64,000 nucleotides of DNA from an uncultured Pseudomonadota bacterium. Its GTDB lineage: Bacteria > Oederibacteriota > Muellerivitia > Muellerivitales > Muellerivitaceae. The position numbers and the translations under genes were made by a program. Below the pieces are notes generated by a model, which did not search any database, had not been told where the DNA came from, and saw only the letters and a list, made by a program, of their open reading frames with translations. Positions 11,627-21,546 of the stretch are shown piece by piece; the first letter of the stretch is position 1, and every line of letters starts with the position of its first letter. The DNA is taken from NCBI GenBank assembly GCA_963843375.1, contig CAWJKT010000011.1, positions 64,001 to 128,000 on the forward strand, in the 5' to 3' direction.

Positions 11627-12856
11627 ATGAATCAAAAAATATTCCTTCTTACTATTATCCTTCTTTGGGGGGATGTTTCCGGATTGAAAGCCGCCAATCC
11701 CGCGGTGACCGACCCGGGAGGGATCCCGATGCCCACGAATCTAACGGCCGAAACCCAAGGGACGGGGATCCAAATATCATGGGATAAGCCCTCGGCGGAG
11801 GGGATTCGATTCAATATTTACATATTGGATGAGACCGGAAAAATCACGCGGAAGCTCACGTCCCAGCCCATTTCGGATAACTGGGTGCTCCTGGAAAAAG
11901 TGAAGCCGACCAAGAAGTATCGTTTGGTTTTAACGGCGGTCAACGTTGCGGGCATGGAAAGCCGGCCCACGGCTCCGCTGGTAGCCGAGTTGGATGATTT
12001 AAAAAAATCCGATAACGACAGCGATTCTGAATCCGTCACCGAAGGCGGATCCGGCCAAAAGGACGAGGAAGAGGAAAAAGACGAGAAGGAATCTTTCAAG
12101 CCCAATTGGACGGGTCAAGTAGCCTATACCTTTTCCAGCCAGGACACCTTGGGCCAGGCGGAAATCAATCAGGAAATCGCTTTGACGGGAACGTACAATT
12201 TCACTGAAAGCGGCGATTACTTTTCCGCCGTGGCTGGAGGGGGCCAAGAAACCCTGGAAGGATCGCCTACCAGTTATGGAACTTTTTCAGGGGAAGGGGG
12301 TCTGGGGTTGGGGGTTTTCAAACCCGCCCTCAACCTCACCTTCCAACAAGGGGCCCAGGCCTTGAATTCCTATGACGCAACCCTGAACCTGAACTTCCAA
12401 ATCCTGTCGGCACTGGAAGTGGGACCAATGTTGGAAGGCAACCCGGAAAGCCATCAGGGCCCCCTTTCGGAAGTGACCCGGAGCACTTCGGACAAGATCG
12501 ACGAGATCGACAGCGTCGATTGGACTGCGGGGTTGGTCGTGACGGCTACTCCATGGGATTTCCTTGAACTTTCCCTGACCGGGGAACAGGATTATTCCAG
12601 GACTTACATGTGGCAAAATATTCTGCACACCGTTCAGCATGATTTGAATGAAACTGAACGGATTCCCTCGGGCATCTTGGCTTGTAACGTGACTTTCTTG
12701 ACTGATTTTATCCTTGGGCTGTCGATCCAGGAAGGGCTGCAATATTTCCCCGTAGGAATCAATTACAGTCCTATTCTCAAGCAGACAGTGGATTTTACAG
12801 TTCCCACCACCGTGAGTTTCTCGGCTTATACCCTCGGGCTTACCTATAATTTGTGA
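11627..12856 (+). CDS. secreted protein: fibronectin type III domain, acidic linker and probable beta-barrel
   Basis: PTNLTA...ISWDKP...FNIY...YRLVLTAVNVAGMES (FN3); D/E-rich linker; C-terminal YTLGLTYNL barrel signature. Confidence 0.7.
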   Translation: MNQKIFLLTIILLWGDVSGLKAANPAVTDPGGIPMPTNLTAETQGTGIQISWDKPSAEGIRFNIYILDETGKITRKLTSQPISDNWVLLEKVKPTKKYRLVLTAVNVAGMESRPTAPLVAELDDLKKSDNDSDSESVTEGGSGQKDEEEEKDEKESFKPNWTGQVAYTFSSQDTLGQAEINQEIALTGTYNFTESGDYFSAVAGGGQETLEGSPTSYGTFSGEGGLGLGVFKPALNLTFQQGAQALNSYDATLNLNFQILSALEVGPMLEGNPESHQGPLSEVTRSTSDKIDEIDSVDWTAGLVVTATPWDFLELSLTGEQDYSRTYMWQNILHTVQHDLNETERIPSGILACNVTFLTDFILGLSIQEGLQYFPVGINYSPILKQTVDFTVPTTVSFSAYTLGLTYNL

Positions 12857-13007
12857 CACCTGGTTGGAATCGTCTTTTTTCCATTAAATTTAAATAAAAA
12901 ACTTTAAAATTTTGGGCAAGTGATCTCCTTTTACCTTTGTTTCGGGGGTAAAATGTTAACTCAACGAAAATCCTGCTTTTATTTATAAACTTTTTAATTT
13001 ATCGCAA

Positions 13008-15863
13008 ATGGAAGACGATCTAGTATTTATGAGATTCAAAGACTATAAAATTGATTTTCGAACTTTTATCCGGGGGGTAATTTTTCTTTCCGGCTGGTTT
13101 TTATTGAGTGCAGCGGGTCCCATATCCCATACATCCCCTCCTTTGGTCAAACCTTCCCAAAATTCACCATTGAGTCAAGCACAAGCTTTGCAGTCTTTTG
13201 AAAAATTGCCCCTTTCTTTCGAGGAAAATCGAGGTCAAACCGACTCCTCGGTAAAGTATATTTGCCATGGAGCAGGTTGTGGGTTGTTCCTTTTTCCAAC
13301 GGGTATCCATCTGGTGCTATGGCATAAGCAACCACTGGCGATTCCTGATCCCCGTGATCGGAAAAGGTTGAAGGTTTCATTTTCAGCAGACATCATTCAT
13401 ATGAAGCTTTACGACGCAAACTCGGCCCCTGATATGGAACTTTCTGACACCCTTCCGGGAACCACCAATTATTTCATCGGGAACGATTCTTCCCAATGGC
13501 AAACCGATATCCCCCAATACTCCAAGCTCAAGGAAAAGGGCGTCTATCCGGGCATCGATCTCGTTTATTACGGCAACCAGAGCCAGTTGGAACACGACTT
13601 TTTGGTTTCGCCGGGGGCGGATCCCAAACGAATTCAATGGGAAATTTCCGGAGTCAAGCCGTTGAGTCTTAATGGATCGGGCGGCCTTGTCCTTTCCACT
13701 GCGAAAGGAAACGTTGTCTTGAATTCCCCGGCTTGCTATCAGGAAATCCAAGGCCAAAGGGTGGACATTCCGGCCAGCTACGTCTTATTGGGTCAAAACC
13801 GGGTGGGTTTTGAGGTCGGTGATTACCAAAAGGATCAACCCCTGGTCATCGATCCAGTCCTGGTTTATTCCACTTATCTTGGTGGAACTGGAAGCGACCA
13901 GGCTACCGGGGTTGCGGTGGACGGAGCGGGCGATGCTTTTGTAGTGGGTTATACCGCTTCTACCGATTTTCCAATCACCGCCGGCGCCTTCCAAACTGTC
14001 AATGCCGGAAATTTCGATTTCTTCGTGTCAAAACTGACTCCCGCCGGGAACGCTCTGATTTATTCCACCTACATTGGCGGAAACAGTGGAGATTATTCGA
14101 GCGGTATCGCCATTGATGCCTCCGGCGATGCCTATATCACGGGCCAAACCGCCTCCACTAATTACCCCACCACCGCCGGGGCTTATCAAACCGCTGTTGG
14201 AAACATCGTCGTCACCGAGATCAATCCAACCGGTGACGCTTTGGTTTATTCCACTTACCTGAGTACGGGGGGCGGCGGGGCCGGATGGGGCATCGCAGTA
14301 GACGGGTCGGGCTCGGCTTATGTTACGGGTTGGACCGAATCAACGACATTTCCAACGGTCAATGCATTTCAGCCCACCATTGCGAGCGGAATGGATGTCT
14401 TTGTCACTAAATTCGCCCCTGGCGGCAGTTCTCTGGTTTATTCCACTTATCTGGGGGGGAACTCGGACGAACAAGCCATGGGTATCGCCGTTGACGGGTC
14501 TGGCGCGGCCTATGTCACCGGGTTTACCGACTCGACCAACTTTCCCACGCAAAATCCTTTCCAGGCTGCCCCGGGAGGAACGGAGGATGTTTTCGTCACC
14601 AAACTCAATCCAGCGGGAAACACCCTGGCTTATTCCACCTATTTGGGAGGGAATAATGACGGGGGTTTATACCAAGCGGGCGAGGCCATTGCGGTTGATT
14701 CCGGCGGTGACGCTTACGTGACCGGACAAACGAATGCCGCGAACTTTCCAGTTTTGAACGCTTTCCAACCGACCTTCGGGGGTGGAATCAACGACGCCTT
14801 TATCACGAAATTCAACCCGGCTGGGAACAGTTTGGCTTTTTCCACTTATGTCGGCGGAAACGGCCAGGATATCGGTTTCGGCATCGCGCTGGATTCCTTG
14901 GACGACATTTACCTGACGGCCCAGACCCTTTCCACCAATATGCCCATGGTGAATCCGATCCAAGCTACTCTCCCCGGAACTTGGAGCATTTTCGTGGGCG
15001 AGTTTAACCCTACGGCCAGTGGCCTGATCTATTCGACCTATATCGGGGGATCAAAAGGGGACGAACCTTTTTCCATCGCGGTGGACAGCACCGGAGCCGC
15101 CTATGTCGTCGGAAGCAATACTTCCACGAACTACCCCACCGTCAACCCGCTTGAATCCACCTATGGAGGTTCCACATGGGATGGTTTTGTCTTGAAAATA
15201 TCCAATACACCCCTCAGCACCCCCACCCCTACTTCCACAGTTTCCAGCACGCCCACGAATAGTCCAACGAACAGTCCCGCTTTCTCCCCCACTTCAACCA
15301 TCACACCTACCCACTCCAATACACCAACCTTTACGCCAACTTTTACCCCTTCCAGTACCGGGACTCTTCCTCCTACCAATACTCCGACGGTTTCAGCTAC
15401 CGTCACCCCAACAGGGACCAATACCGGCACCTCCACCTCCACTAGTGTCCCTACTTCTACTTATAGTCCCACCAACAGCCCAACTCCTACCAGTACCTTC
15501 ACCATCACCAACACCCCCACGGTGACTAGCAGCCCCACGATCACCCCAACCCCCACAGCGACTCTGCCCGCCTTTGACGTCTTCTATGTTTCGGAAAACG
15601 CCTACATCCCGTCGGCAGATAATCCGGTTTCCATTTATGTGGCTTATAGCTCTTTTCCGGGCGAATACGATTTGTGGATTTACAATTCGGCGGGGGAACA
15701 AATCAAAACTCTCGACCACCAGGAGTTGAGCGGCCCACTTAACCAGTCTTATACTTGGGACGGCACGAACAAATACGGGGATAAATGCGCCAGCGGGGTT
15801 TATATCTTTTACCTGGTTGAACCCTTCTCCCAGAAGATGAAGCGGATTGCACTGATTCGGTGA
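13008..15863 (+). CDS. SBBP-repeat beta-propeller surface protein with Thr/Pro linker and C-terminal FlgD-Ig/T9SS-CTD-like domain
   Basis: PLSFEENRGQ N-domain, PLVIDPVLVYSTYLGG, about 7 IAVDxxGxAYVTGxTxSxxFP repeats, long T/P/S linker, C-terminal IYNSAGE...WDGTN...ASGVY...KRIALIR. Confidence 0.9.
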   Translation: MEDDLVFMRFKDYKIDFRTFIRGVIFLSGWFLLSAAGPISHTSPPLVKPSQNSPLSQAQALQSFEKLPLSFEENRGQTDSSVKYICHGAGCGLFLFPTGIHLVLWHKQPLAIPDPRDRKRLKVSFSADIIHMKLYDANSAPDMELSDTLPGTTNYFIGNDSSQWQTDIPQYSKLKEKGVYPGIDLVYYGNQSQLEHDFLVSPGADPKRIQWEISGVKPLSLNGSGGLVLSTAKGNVVLNSPACYQEIQGQRVDIPASYVLLGQNRVGFEVGDYQKDQPLVIDPVLVYSTYLGGTGSDQATGVAVDGAGDAFVVGYTASTDFPITAGAFQTVNAGNFDFFVSKLTPAGNALIYSTYIGGNSGDYSSGIAIDASGDAYITGQTASTNYPTTAGAYQTAVGNIVVTEINPTGDALVYSTYLSTGGGGAGWGIAVDGSGSAYVTGWTESTTFPTVNAFQPTIASGMDVFVTKFAPGGSSLVYSTYLGGNSDEQAMGIAVDGSGAAYVTGFTDSTNFPTQNPFQAAPGGTEDVFVTKLNPAGNTLAYSTYLGGNNDGGLYQAGEAIAVDSGGDAYVTGQTNAANFPVLNAFQPTFGGGINDAFITKFNPAGNSLAFSTYVGGNGQDIGFGIALDSLDDIYLTAQTLSTNMPMVNPIQATLPGTWSIFVGEFNPTASGLIYSTYIGGSKGDEPFSIAVDSTGAAYVVGSNTSTNYPTVNPLESTYGGSTWDGFVLKISNTPLSTPTPTSTVSSTPTNSPTNSPAFSPTSTITPTHSNTPTFTPTFTPSSTGTLPPTNTPTVSATVTPTGTNTGTSTSTSVPTSTYSPTNSPTPTSTFTITNTPTVTSSPTITPTPTATLPAFDVFYVSENAYIPSADNPVSIYVAYSSFPGEYDLWIYNSAGEQIKTLDHQELSGPLNQSYTWDGTNKYGDKCASGVYIFYLVEPFSQKMKRIALIR

Positions 15864-16019
15864 CATTAATAAACTTTTTGTCGTGGACAATCTTCCAAAA
15901 GCAACAATCCATTTCCTAAAATCTCCTCTCATCCACTTTAAAAGGGTTTATGGCGATCTCTCTTTTGCTTATTATTGTGAACATCGTTTTAAAAAATTCT
16001 TCAGCTTTAGAAGGTAACC

Positions 16020-16961
16020 ATGCCTGAAAAGCGCCGGATAACGCCTTGCCCCGCTTGCGGCCAAAAAGACGGGTTCACGGACTATTGTCCCGCTTCATTT
16101 TTGAAGGGGGACGAACGCTGGATTAGGGAATGCGGCAACTGTCACTTGTCTGTGCTTTGGCCCTTGCCTAAAGATAAGGAACTCAGAGCTTTTTATAATC
16201 AAGGCTATTACAATCTCAACCGTTCCGTCGAGGAAGGGAAAGGTTATTACTACGCCCGGTTGTTGCAGCGCATCGCGGAAAAAGGCAGATTCCTGGATAT
16301 CGGCTGCGCAACCGGCTTCTTTTTAAGCGGAATTCGTCAAAATTGCGCCTGGGAGGTTTATGGACAGGAAACGGGAAAAGCGGCGGCAGCCTACGCCCGT
16401 AAAAAACTGGGGCTACAAGTCAAGGATGTCCCCCTGGAGAAAACCCATTACTCGAGAGATTATTTTGATTTCATCCACCTCAACAACGTCCTGGAACATG
16501 TTCCCGACCCCGCAGTGGTCATGGCGGAGGTTGCCCGTATTCTAAAACCAGGGGGATGCCTCTATCTGGCTGTTCCCAATGGCGGGGTGGATCGGTTCGG
16601 ATACCGGGATTACCACATCCGGTTGGGGGTCCGAGCGGCAAGCATGGATGGGCATCTTTATTTTTTCAGCCCTCTGTCGTTGTCCCTCTTGGCTCAAAAG
16701 GCGGGTCTTCAGATCAATAAATTCTATAGCAGCGGTCTCAAGCGCGCTTTACGCGTCCTGGGATACTGGCCCCGCAAGCGGGGTTGGGAACGGGCTTATC
16801 AGGGACGCGAGTCCGGCGAAAGCAGCGTGGAAAAGGCCGTGACGGAAGGCCGCTCCTACCCAAAGCTTTATTACCTTTGGAAACACAGTGAGGAACATTT
16901 ATTTCGGTTTCCGGGTTATCTTCCATGCACCTACGATTTCAACCTTTATTTGATCAAGTGA
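16020..16961 (+). CDS. class I SAM-dependent methyltransferase with N-terminal CxxC pairs
   Basis: CPAC/CGNC, FLDIGCATG, NVLEHVPDP, LKPGG, VPN, HLYFFS. Confidence 0.9.
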   Translation: MPEKRRITPCPACGQKDGFTDYCPASFLKGDERWIRECGNCHLSVLWPLPKDKELRAFYNQGYYNLNRSVEEGKGYYYARLLQRIAEKGRFLDIGCATGFFLSGIRQNCAWEVYGQETGKAAAAYARKKLGLQVKDVPLEKTHYSRDYFDFIHLNNVLEHVPDPAVVMAEVARILKPGGCLYLAVPNGGVDRFGYRDYHIRLGVRAASMDGHLYFFSPLSLSLLAQKAGLQINKFYSSGLKRALRVLGYWPRKRGWERAYQGRESGESSVEKAVTEGRSYPKLYYLWKHSEEHLFRFPGYLPCTYDFNLYLIK

Positions 16962-16982
16962 AATCGCGGGGTTTGGGCTTCT

Positions 16983-18491
16983 CTAACGGTTTTGGAGATC
17001 CTTGAGCGAAAAAGCCGGGATATAAAAACCCTTTTCTTCCTTCTTCCACCATTGCCCGGTTTGAGCCTTTTCTGAAAAATTCGTGAAATCATATTGCTCC
17101 AACTTAGCTCGAATAAAAAGCGGCGGCCCATCCGGGAAGGGATTGGTTTTTAAAAGATTGATAACGTCAGGAGATCCCTGAAGGAGTCGGACCAGGAAAT
17201 TCACAAACCAGGGATTGTCCCGAACGTCCCCCAGGGCCGCGAACCACATTTGCCAGTCCAAACGTGGCTGGTAGGGCGCTACATAAACGGGAGCCCGCTT
17301 CAAATCCCCGGCTTTCCATCGAAACTCATAAGGCGACCACTGAACTCCGTCGCGGCTTCCCTCCACCAAAATCTCAGGGCGGGTCGTCGTCATGACGGCG
17401 AAAAGCCCGTAGGAATTGACGGACCGGAAAGGTTCGGTCAAACGCAAGGGCAGCTCTAACAAATCTGGCAAGGGGAACCGCCCGCCAAGGGTGTAAAGCA
17501 TTTGTATTAGGGACAGGTAAATCACCAATGTCGCCAGGGGAACTGTGACCCAGGGAGTCCAAGGCATCGAAGGCTTATTAGGGTTCGCCCTCAAGGTTGC
17601 CCAATAAGCTTTCCACCAACGGGGATAAGCTTCGTCGTCCAGGGTGAAAAAGCAGAGGCCCAAAGCGAGTAAATTAAAAAAGCAATAGTTTCCCGTCAGG
17701 GTGATCAACAATTGGAGTGATACCAAAAAGCCGAAGGCCCAGGGCCTCAAACGCCGGGGACCGAATATGAAAAAGGGAACGATCAACTCTACCCCGAACA
17801 TGAAAAGGCAGGACCCTTTTTGAAACCATCCGGGAAGCTGGTTGAAATACCAGGCCAGGGTCGTGGGAAGGGGTTGGGTTTCATAATGAAATTGAAGGGC
17901 GGTCAAATGCCGCCAGGCGGGGTCCCCGCTGGTGAGTTTGACGACGCCTGAGGAAAACAGGAGACGGAACAGGAGCCATTGGAAAAGCAAGAGAATGATC
18001 CGCGGGGGCGGGTTTTTATCGGATGGGGCCACCCGGATCGCGAGCGGAACCAAAAAAATCCCGAGAAAACCCGATTCCAAAAGAAGGTTGTCCCATTGAA
18101 AACCCAGGAACTCCTGGCCTGCCGAAACTAAAGAAAGATAAAGAATCCAAAGCAGGGACAGGCAAAAGAGAGGCAGCCAATCCAAAAGAAGAAGAAGGGA
18201 AAGCACGACTCCCGCCCCGCAAAGTAAATGGAGGAAGCTGTTGCTGTCGTTGAACCAACAGAGGGTGGGAACCTCCCAATAGGCCTTGGACCCCAACTCT
18301 ACTTGGGCCTCGCTGAGGAAAATCCGAAGAGGCAGGATTCCCCTCTCCCCAATCAAGCCATTCACCTGAACCCCAAAAGATCCGAAAGCCGCTAAATAGC
18401 AAAGGGCCAAAATCTTGAGGAAAACCCACCGGCTAGAAAAGTAGGCCGGGGGTATGACTGCTTCGTCGTTATTCTTTAGGTCGTGGGTCAT
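16983..18491 (-). CDS. lipase maturation factor (LMF1) family membrane protein
   Basis: GLIGERGILP, FQWDNLLLESGF, HYETQPLP, YGLFAVMT, PYQPRLDWQMWFAAL. Confidence 0.95.
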   Translation of the reverse strand: MTHDLKNNDEAVIPPAYFSSRWVFLKILALCYLAAFGSFGVQVNGLIGERGILPLRIFLSEAQVELGSKAYWEVPTLCWFNDSNSFLHLLCGAGVVLSLLLLLDWLPLFCLSLLWILYLSLVSAGQEFLGFQWDNLLLESGFLGIFLVPLAIRVAPSDKNPPPRIILLLFQWLLFRLLFSSGVVKLTSGDPAWRHLTALQFHYETQPLPTTLAWYFNQLPGWFQKGSCLFMFGVELIVPFFIFGPRRLRPWAFGFLVSLQLLITLTGNYCFFNLLALGLCFFTLDDEAYPRWWKAYWATLRANPNKPSMPWTPWVTVPLATLVIYLSLIQMLYTLGGRFPLPDLLELPLRLTEPFRSVNSYGLFAVMTTTRPEILVEGSRDGVQWSPYEFRWKAGDLKRAPVYVAPYQPRLDWQMWFAALGDVRDNPWFVNFLVRLLQGSPDVINLLKTNPFPDGPPLFIRAKLEQYDFTNFSEKAQTGQWWKKEEKGFYIPAFSLKDLQNR

Positions 18492-18649
18492 CTTAATCGC
18501 TTATTCTTAATCTAAAGCCGAGGATGATTTCAGGCCGGATGTACAATAACGGCAGGTAAAAAAATAGTTCCAATCTCAATATTTTTCATCCATTTATCCA
18601 AGTTTTTCATAAAATGAACAGGTTTTCAAAATAAAATAAAAAGAAAAAA

Positions 18650-19465
18650 ATGAACGACACGCTAGATGATTCCAAATACGCAAAAGGCACGGGGATTTTC
18701 TCTATATATGAAAAGGTCGAACTCCCGTCTGAACCCAAGAAACGCTGCTTAGCCCTGCTGGATTTGGGGAACGACAGCCTTTTAGCCAATGATTTCAATA
18801 TCCTGGACTTCGTGCCTTATCCCGGACTTGGGAACGTGGGGACGGATGAGCCGCTTAAATATTCCTGGATCCTTTCTGAGTCCCACCGAGTTTTGATTTA
18901 TGATCCCAAGACCAAACGTTTGATCGATGAGCTTTATACCTGTAGCCCCGAGAAAGACGGGCGCCTGATGTTCGAGAAAACCAATAAACTCGTCAAGAAG
19001 CCCACCAAGACAGTTACTCTGAATGAGATCGTAGGCAAGGAAATGGCTCTGAAGGAAGAGCCGGATAAGCTGTTTCATTCGGTCAAGAAAGCTTCTAGTA
19101 AACTGCGCTTTGCCCCGGACTCCAACTATTGCGTTTCGGCAGTCTTTTTCGACATTCCCGACCGGAAACTCGACGAGGACAGCTTGGAACTGATGCTTAC
19201 CAAAGCCCTCAATAAGGATGATCAGAAACCGGTCATCGAGTCCGCTTGCCGCTATGATCCCCAGGGCTATACCTACATCCACCAGTCGCCCAAGCATTTT
19301 GCGGGTCTCCACAGCTATCCGGGTACCCTCAAATCGGCCCACTTGAGCCTGATTGGGACGGGGAGCGCCATCATCTCGGTGCTGGAGGATATGGAAGAGG
19401 TGGTCTACACCCGTAAGAAAACCGAGCCCACCATTAGCGTGAAGATCGTCGCTGAGGATTTTTAA
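18650..19465 (+). CDS. tandem-duplicated SpeD/AdoMet-decarboxylase-fold proenzyme (putative pyruvoyl-dependent decarboxylase)
   Basis: N-half has ILSESH...P...ELYTCS; C-half has RYDPQGYT...LHSYP. Both match SpeD motifs (ISESHxxxHTWPE...DLFTCG; RFxPxGVS) with conserved spacing. Confidence 0.75.
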   Translation: MNDTLDDSKYAKGTGIFSIYEKVELPSEPKKRCLALLDLGNDSLLANDFNILDFVPYPGLGNVGTDEPLKYSWILSESHRVLIYDPKTKRLIDELYTCSPEKDGRLMFEKTNKLVKKPTKTVTLNEIVGKEMALKEEPDKLFHSVKKASSKLRFAPDSNYCVSAVFFDIPDRKLDEDSLELMLTKALNKDDQKPVIESACRYDPQGYTYIHQSPKHFAGLHSYPGTLKSAHLSLIGTGSAIISVLEDMEEVVYTRKKTEPTISVKIVAEDF

Positions 19466-19574
19466 GGTCTCAGGATCATGGATACCCAATCTGATGGGGA
19501 TCATAAAGGTTTTTTCGGTTTTCCTTTAAAATTTCATTCCAAGGTTTCCCATTTCTTCCTAGAAGGATGAGCCA

Positions 19575-19808
19575 ATGGCCCTTGGAATCGGAACTTACGC
19601 CCAATGCATTAATTGCTGTGATTGCGAGGGGAAGGTAAGGCTTCTACATGCACGTGCATTGCCATGGCGGCGCAAAGGAAACATCCACGTTGAATTCGAC
19701 ACCATTTGCCCTCACTGCGGGCGATGGGACACCTCCATCCGGGTGTTGGAAGACCTTCCCGAAAGCGAGAGGGTTTTTTGCCATAAGGAAAAACTGATAG
19801 GGTTTTAA
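19575..19808 (+). CDS. small Cys-rich (zinc-ribbon-like) hypothetical protein
   Basis: CINCCDC and CPHC motifs; AAGGA upstream. Confidence 0.55.
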   Translation: MALGIGTYAQCINCCDCEGKVRLLHARALPWRRKGNIHVEFDTICPHCGRWDTSIRVLEDLPESERVFCHKEKLIGF

Positions 19809-19837
19809 TTTAATCAAAATTTTTAGAGGGGTGAAAC

Positions 19838-20065
19838 TTAACCGATGAATGCGGCTCGGATGGCCAGTTTTCGGTTTTTAGGATCCCGTTCAAAGGCGTT
19901 CTTCAGCATTTCCTGTTCAGCCTCCAACCAATCCCCGTTATCCGCTCCATGCGAAGCGCCGCGATATAGCCAATTAAAATAAGCGGATTCGGAGTCAGAC
20001 TTTCTCTTCTTTTCCAGCAAAGTCTCAACATTCGATTTGGGTCGCTTGCTTTTGATATAAATCAT
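19838..20065 (-). CDS. DUF2934-like small protein
   Basis: AYFNWLYRG..HG...DWLEAEQE motif. Confidence 0.7.
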   Translation of the reverse strand: MIYIKSKRPKSNVETLLEKKRKSDSESAYFNWLYRGASHGADNGDWLEAEQEMLKNAFERDPKNRKLAIRAAFIG

Positions 20066-20300
20066 TATATTGTTCGCTTTTCCTTTACGGGTTTAGTGCC
20101 AGTTTATTCATCGTACGACTTCTGGATAAAGAAAACAGGGGAGACAGGTTTGTTATTGGAAAGTCAGGAAGGTTTTGGAGGGAACAATCCGCCCTATGGA
20201 GGGCTTTCATCGCCTTTTCATGGGTTAGTCGGTTGAATCAAGGGGGATAGTTTCCCTTACAATGACCACTCAATAACGGCTCAAGGACGGAGAAACATTG

Positions 20301-21500
20301 ATGGTTTCAAAAATACGGTTGAAGTTTGTCTTATTCCTTTTGGCCTTATCGTTGGGCACGTCTTTTTTATTTTCAACCGCCCGGGCGGGAACCTTTCCCC
20401 TGGTCCATTTGAAAGTGGCTTTCCCCAATTTAAAATTCAAGATGCCCGTCTGGTTGACTGCTCCACCCCACGATACCCGCCGCCTTTTCGTGTTGGAGCA
20501 AAAAGGGAAAGTCCTTGTTTTTAAAAACAAGTTCACTGTCCGTCAGGCTTCGGTATTCCTAGATTTAACCCGCAAGGTCCGGACGGTTCACGCCGAGGAG
20601 GGCTTGCTGTGCCTGGCTTTCCATCCCTCCTTCCTGAAGAACGGACTTTTTTATGTTTACTACACCGCCTCCAATCCCCATCGGGAAGTGCTGTCGGAAT
20701 TCCATGTTTCACGCCGAAATCCCAACCAGGCTGACCCTTCGAGCGAAAGGGTACTCCTGGAAATCCCGAAACATTTCGGGAATCACAATGGCTCCACATT
20801 GGTTTTCGGGCCGGATGGTTATCTTTATTTCGGCTTGGGGGATGGTGGCGGGGCAGGGGACCCGAATAACAACGCTCAGAACCTGAAAAGCCTTTGGGGC
20901 AAGATTTTGAGGATCGACGTGAACCATCGGGACTCTGGAATGGCTTATGCCATTCCGAAAGACAATCCCTTCGCGGGCCAGGCGAACGCACGGGGGGAAA
21001 TTTGGGCTTATGGAATGCGAAATCCCTGGCGCATGAGTTTTGACCGCCGGACCGGGGACCTTTGGGTCGGGGACGTGGGTCAGGATAAGTGGGAAGAGAT
21101 CGACATTATACAGAAGGGCGCAAACTATGGCTGGCCCATCATGGAAGGCAACCATTTTTATAAGTCCACACCCCCGGCGACAGGCCCCCTTACCCCGCCG
21201 GTTTTGGATTATCCGCACCGGCCCAAGGATTCGGACAAACCCGTGTCTTTCACCGGGGCCTGCATTACGGGGGGCTATGTTTACAGGGGGTCGAAATTGA
21301 AAGGTTTTGAGGGTGCTTACTTTTACGCGGATTATATTTTGGGATGGGTGAGGGCCTTAAGGGTTGAAAATGGAGTCGTGACGGTGGATGAAAAAGTCAT
21401 CGAACAGCCGGAGAATATTTCTTCTTTTGGGGAAGACGACAAAGGCGAGATTTATTTGCTAGGCTACTCCAACGGACGGGTGTATCGGCTGGAGGAATAA
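20301..21500 (+). CDS. PQQ-dependent sugar dehydrogenase (GSDH) family beta-propeller
   Basis: Signal peptide; EEGLLCLAFHP, NHNG...FGPDGYLY, GKILRIDV, IWAYGMRNPWR, GDVGQ, NYGWP. Confidence 0.92.
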   Translation: MVSKIRLKFVLFLLALSLGTSFLFSTARAGTFPLVHLKVAFPNLKFKMPVWLTAPPHDTRRLFVLEQKGKVLVFKNKFTVRQASVFLDLTRKVRTVHAEEGLLCLAFHPSFLKNGLFYVYYTASNPHREVLSEFHVSRRNPNQADPSSERVLLEIPKHFGNHNGSTLVFGPDGYLYFGLGDGGGAGDPNNNAQNLKSLWGKILRIDVNHRDSGMAYAIPKDNPFAGQANARGEIWAYGMRNPWRMSFDRRTGDLWVGDVGQDKWEEIDIIQKGANYGWPIMEGNHFYKSTPPATGPLTPPVLDYPHRPKDSDKPVSFTGACITGGYVYRGSKLKGFEGAYFYADYILGWVRALRVENGVVTVDEKVIEQPENISSFGEDDKGEIYLLGYSNGRVYRLEE

Positions 21501-21546
21501 GTAACGATCCACAAACTCATCTTTTTAGATTATCCTGTACCCGTTT

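Noticed and set aside
13860..15570. Repeated TATTCCAC-containing units and ACN/CCN-rich low-complexity DNA
   Set aside because: Explained by SBBP propeller blades (YSTY) and the Thr/Pro linker.
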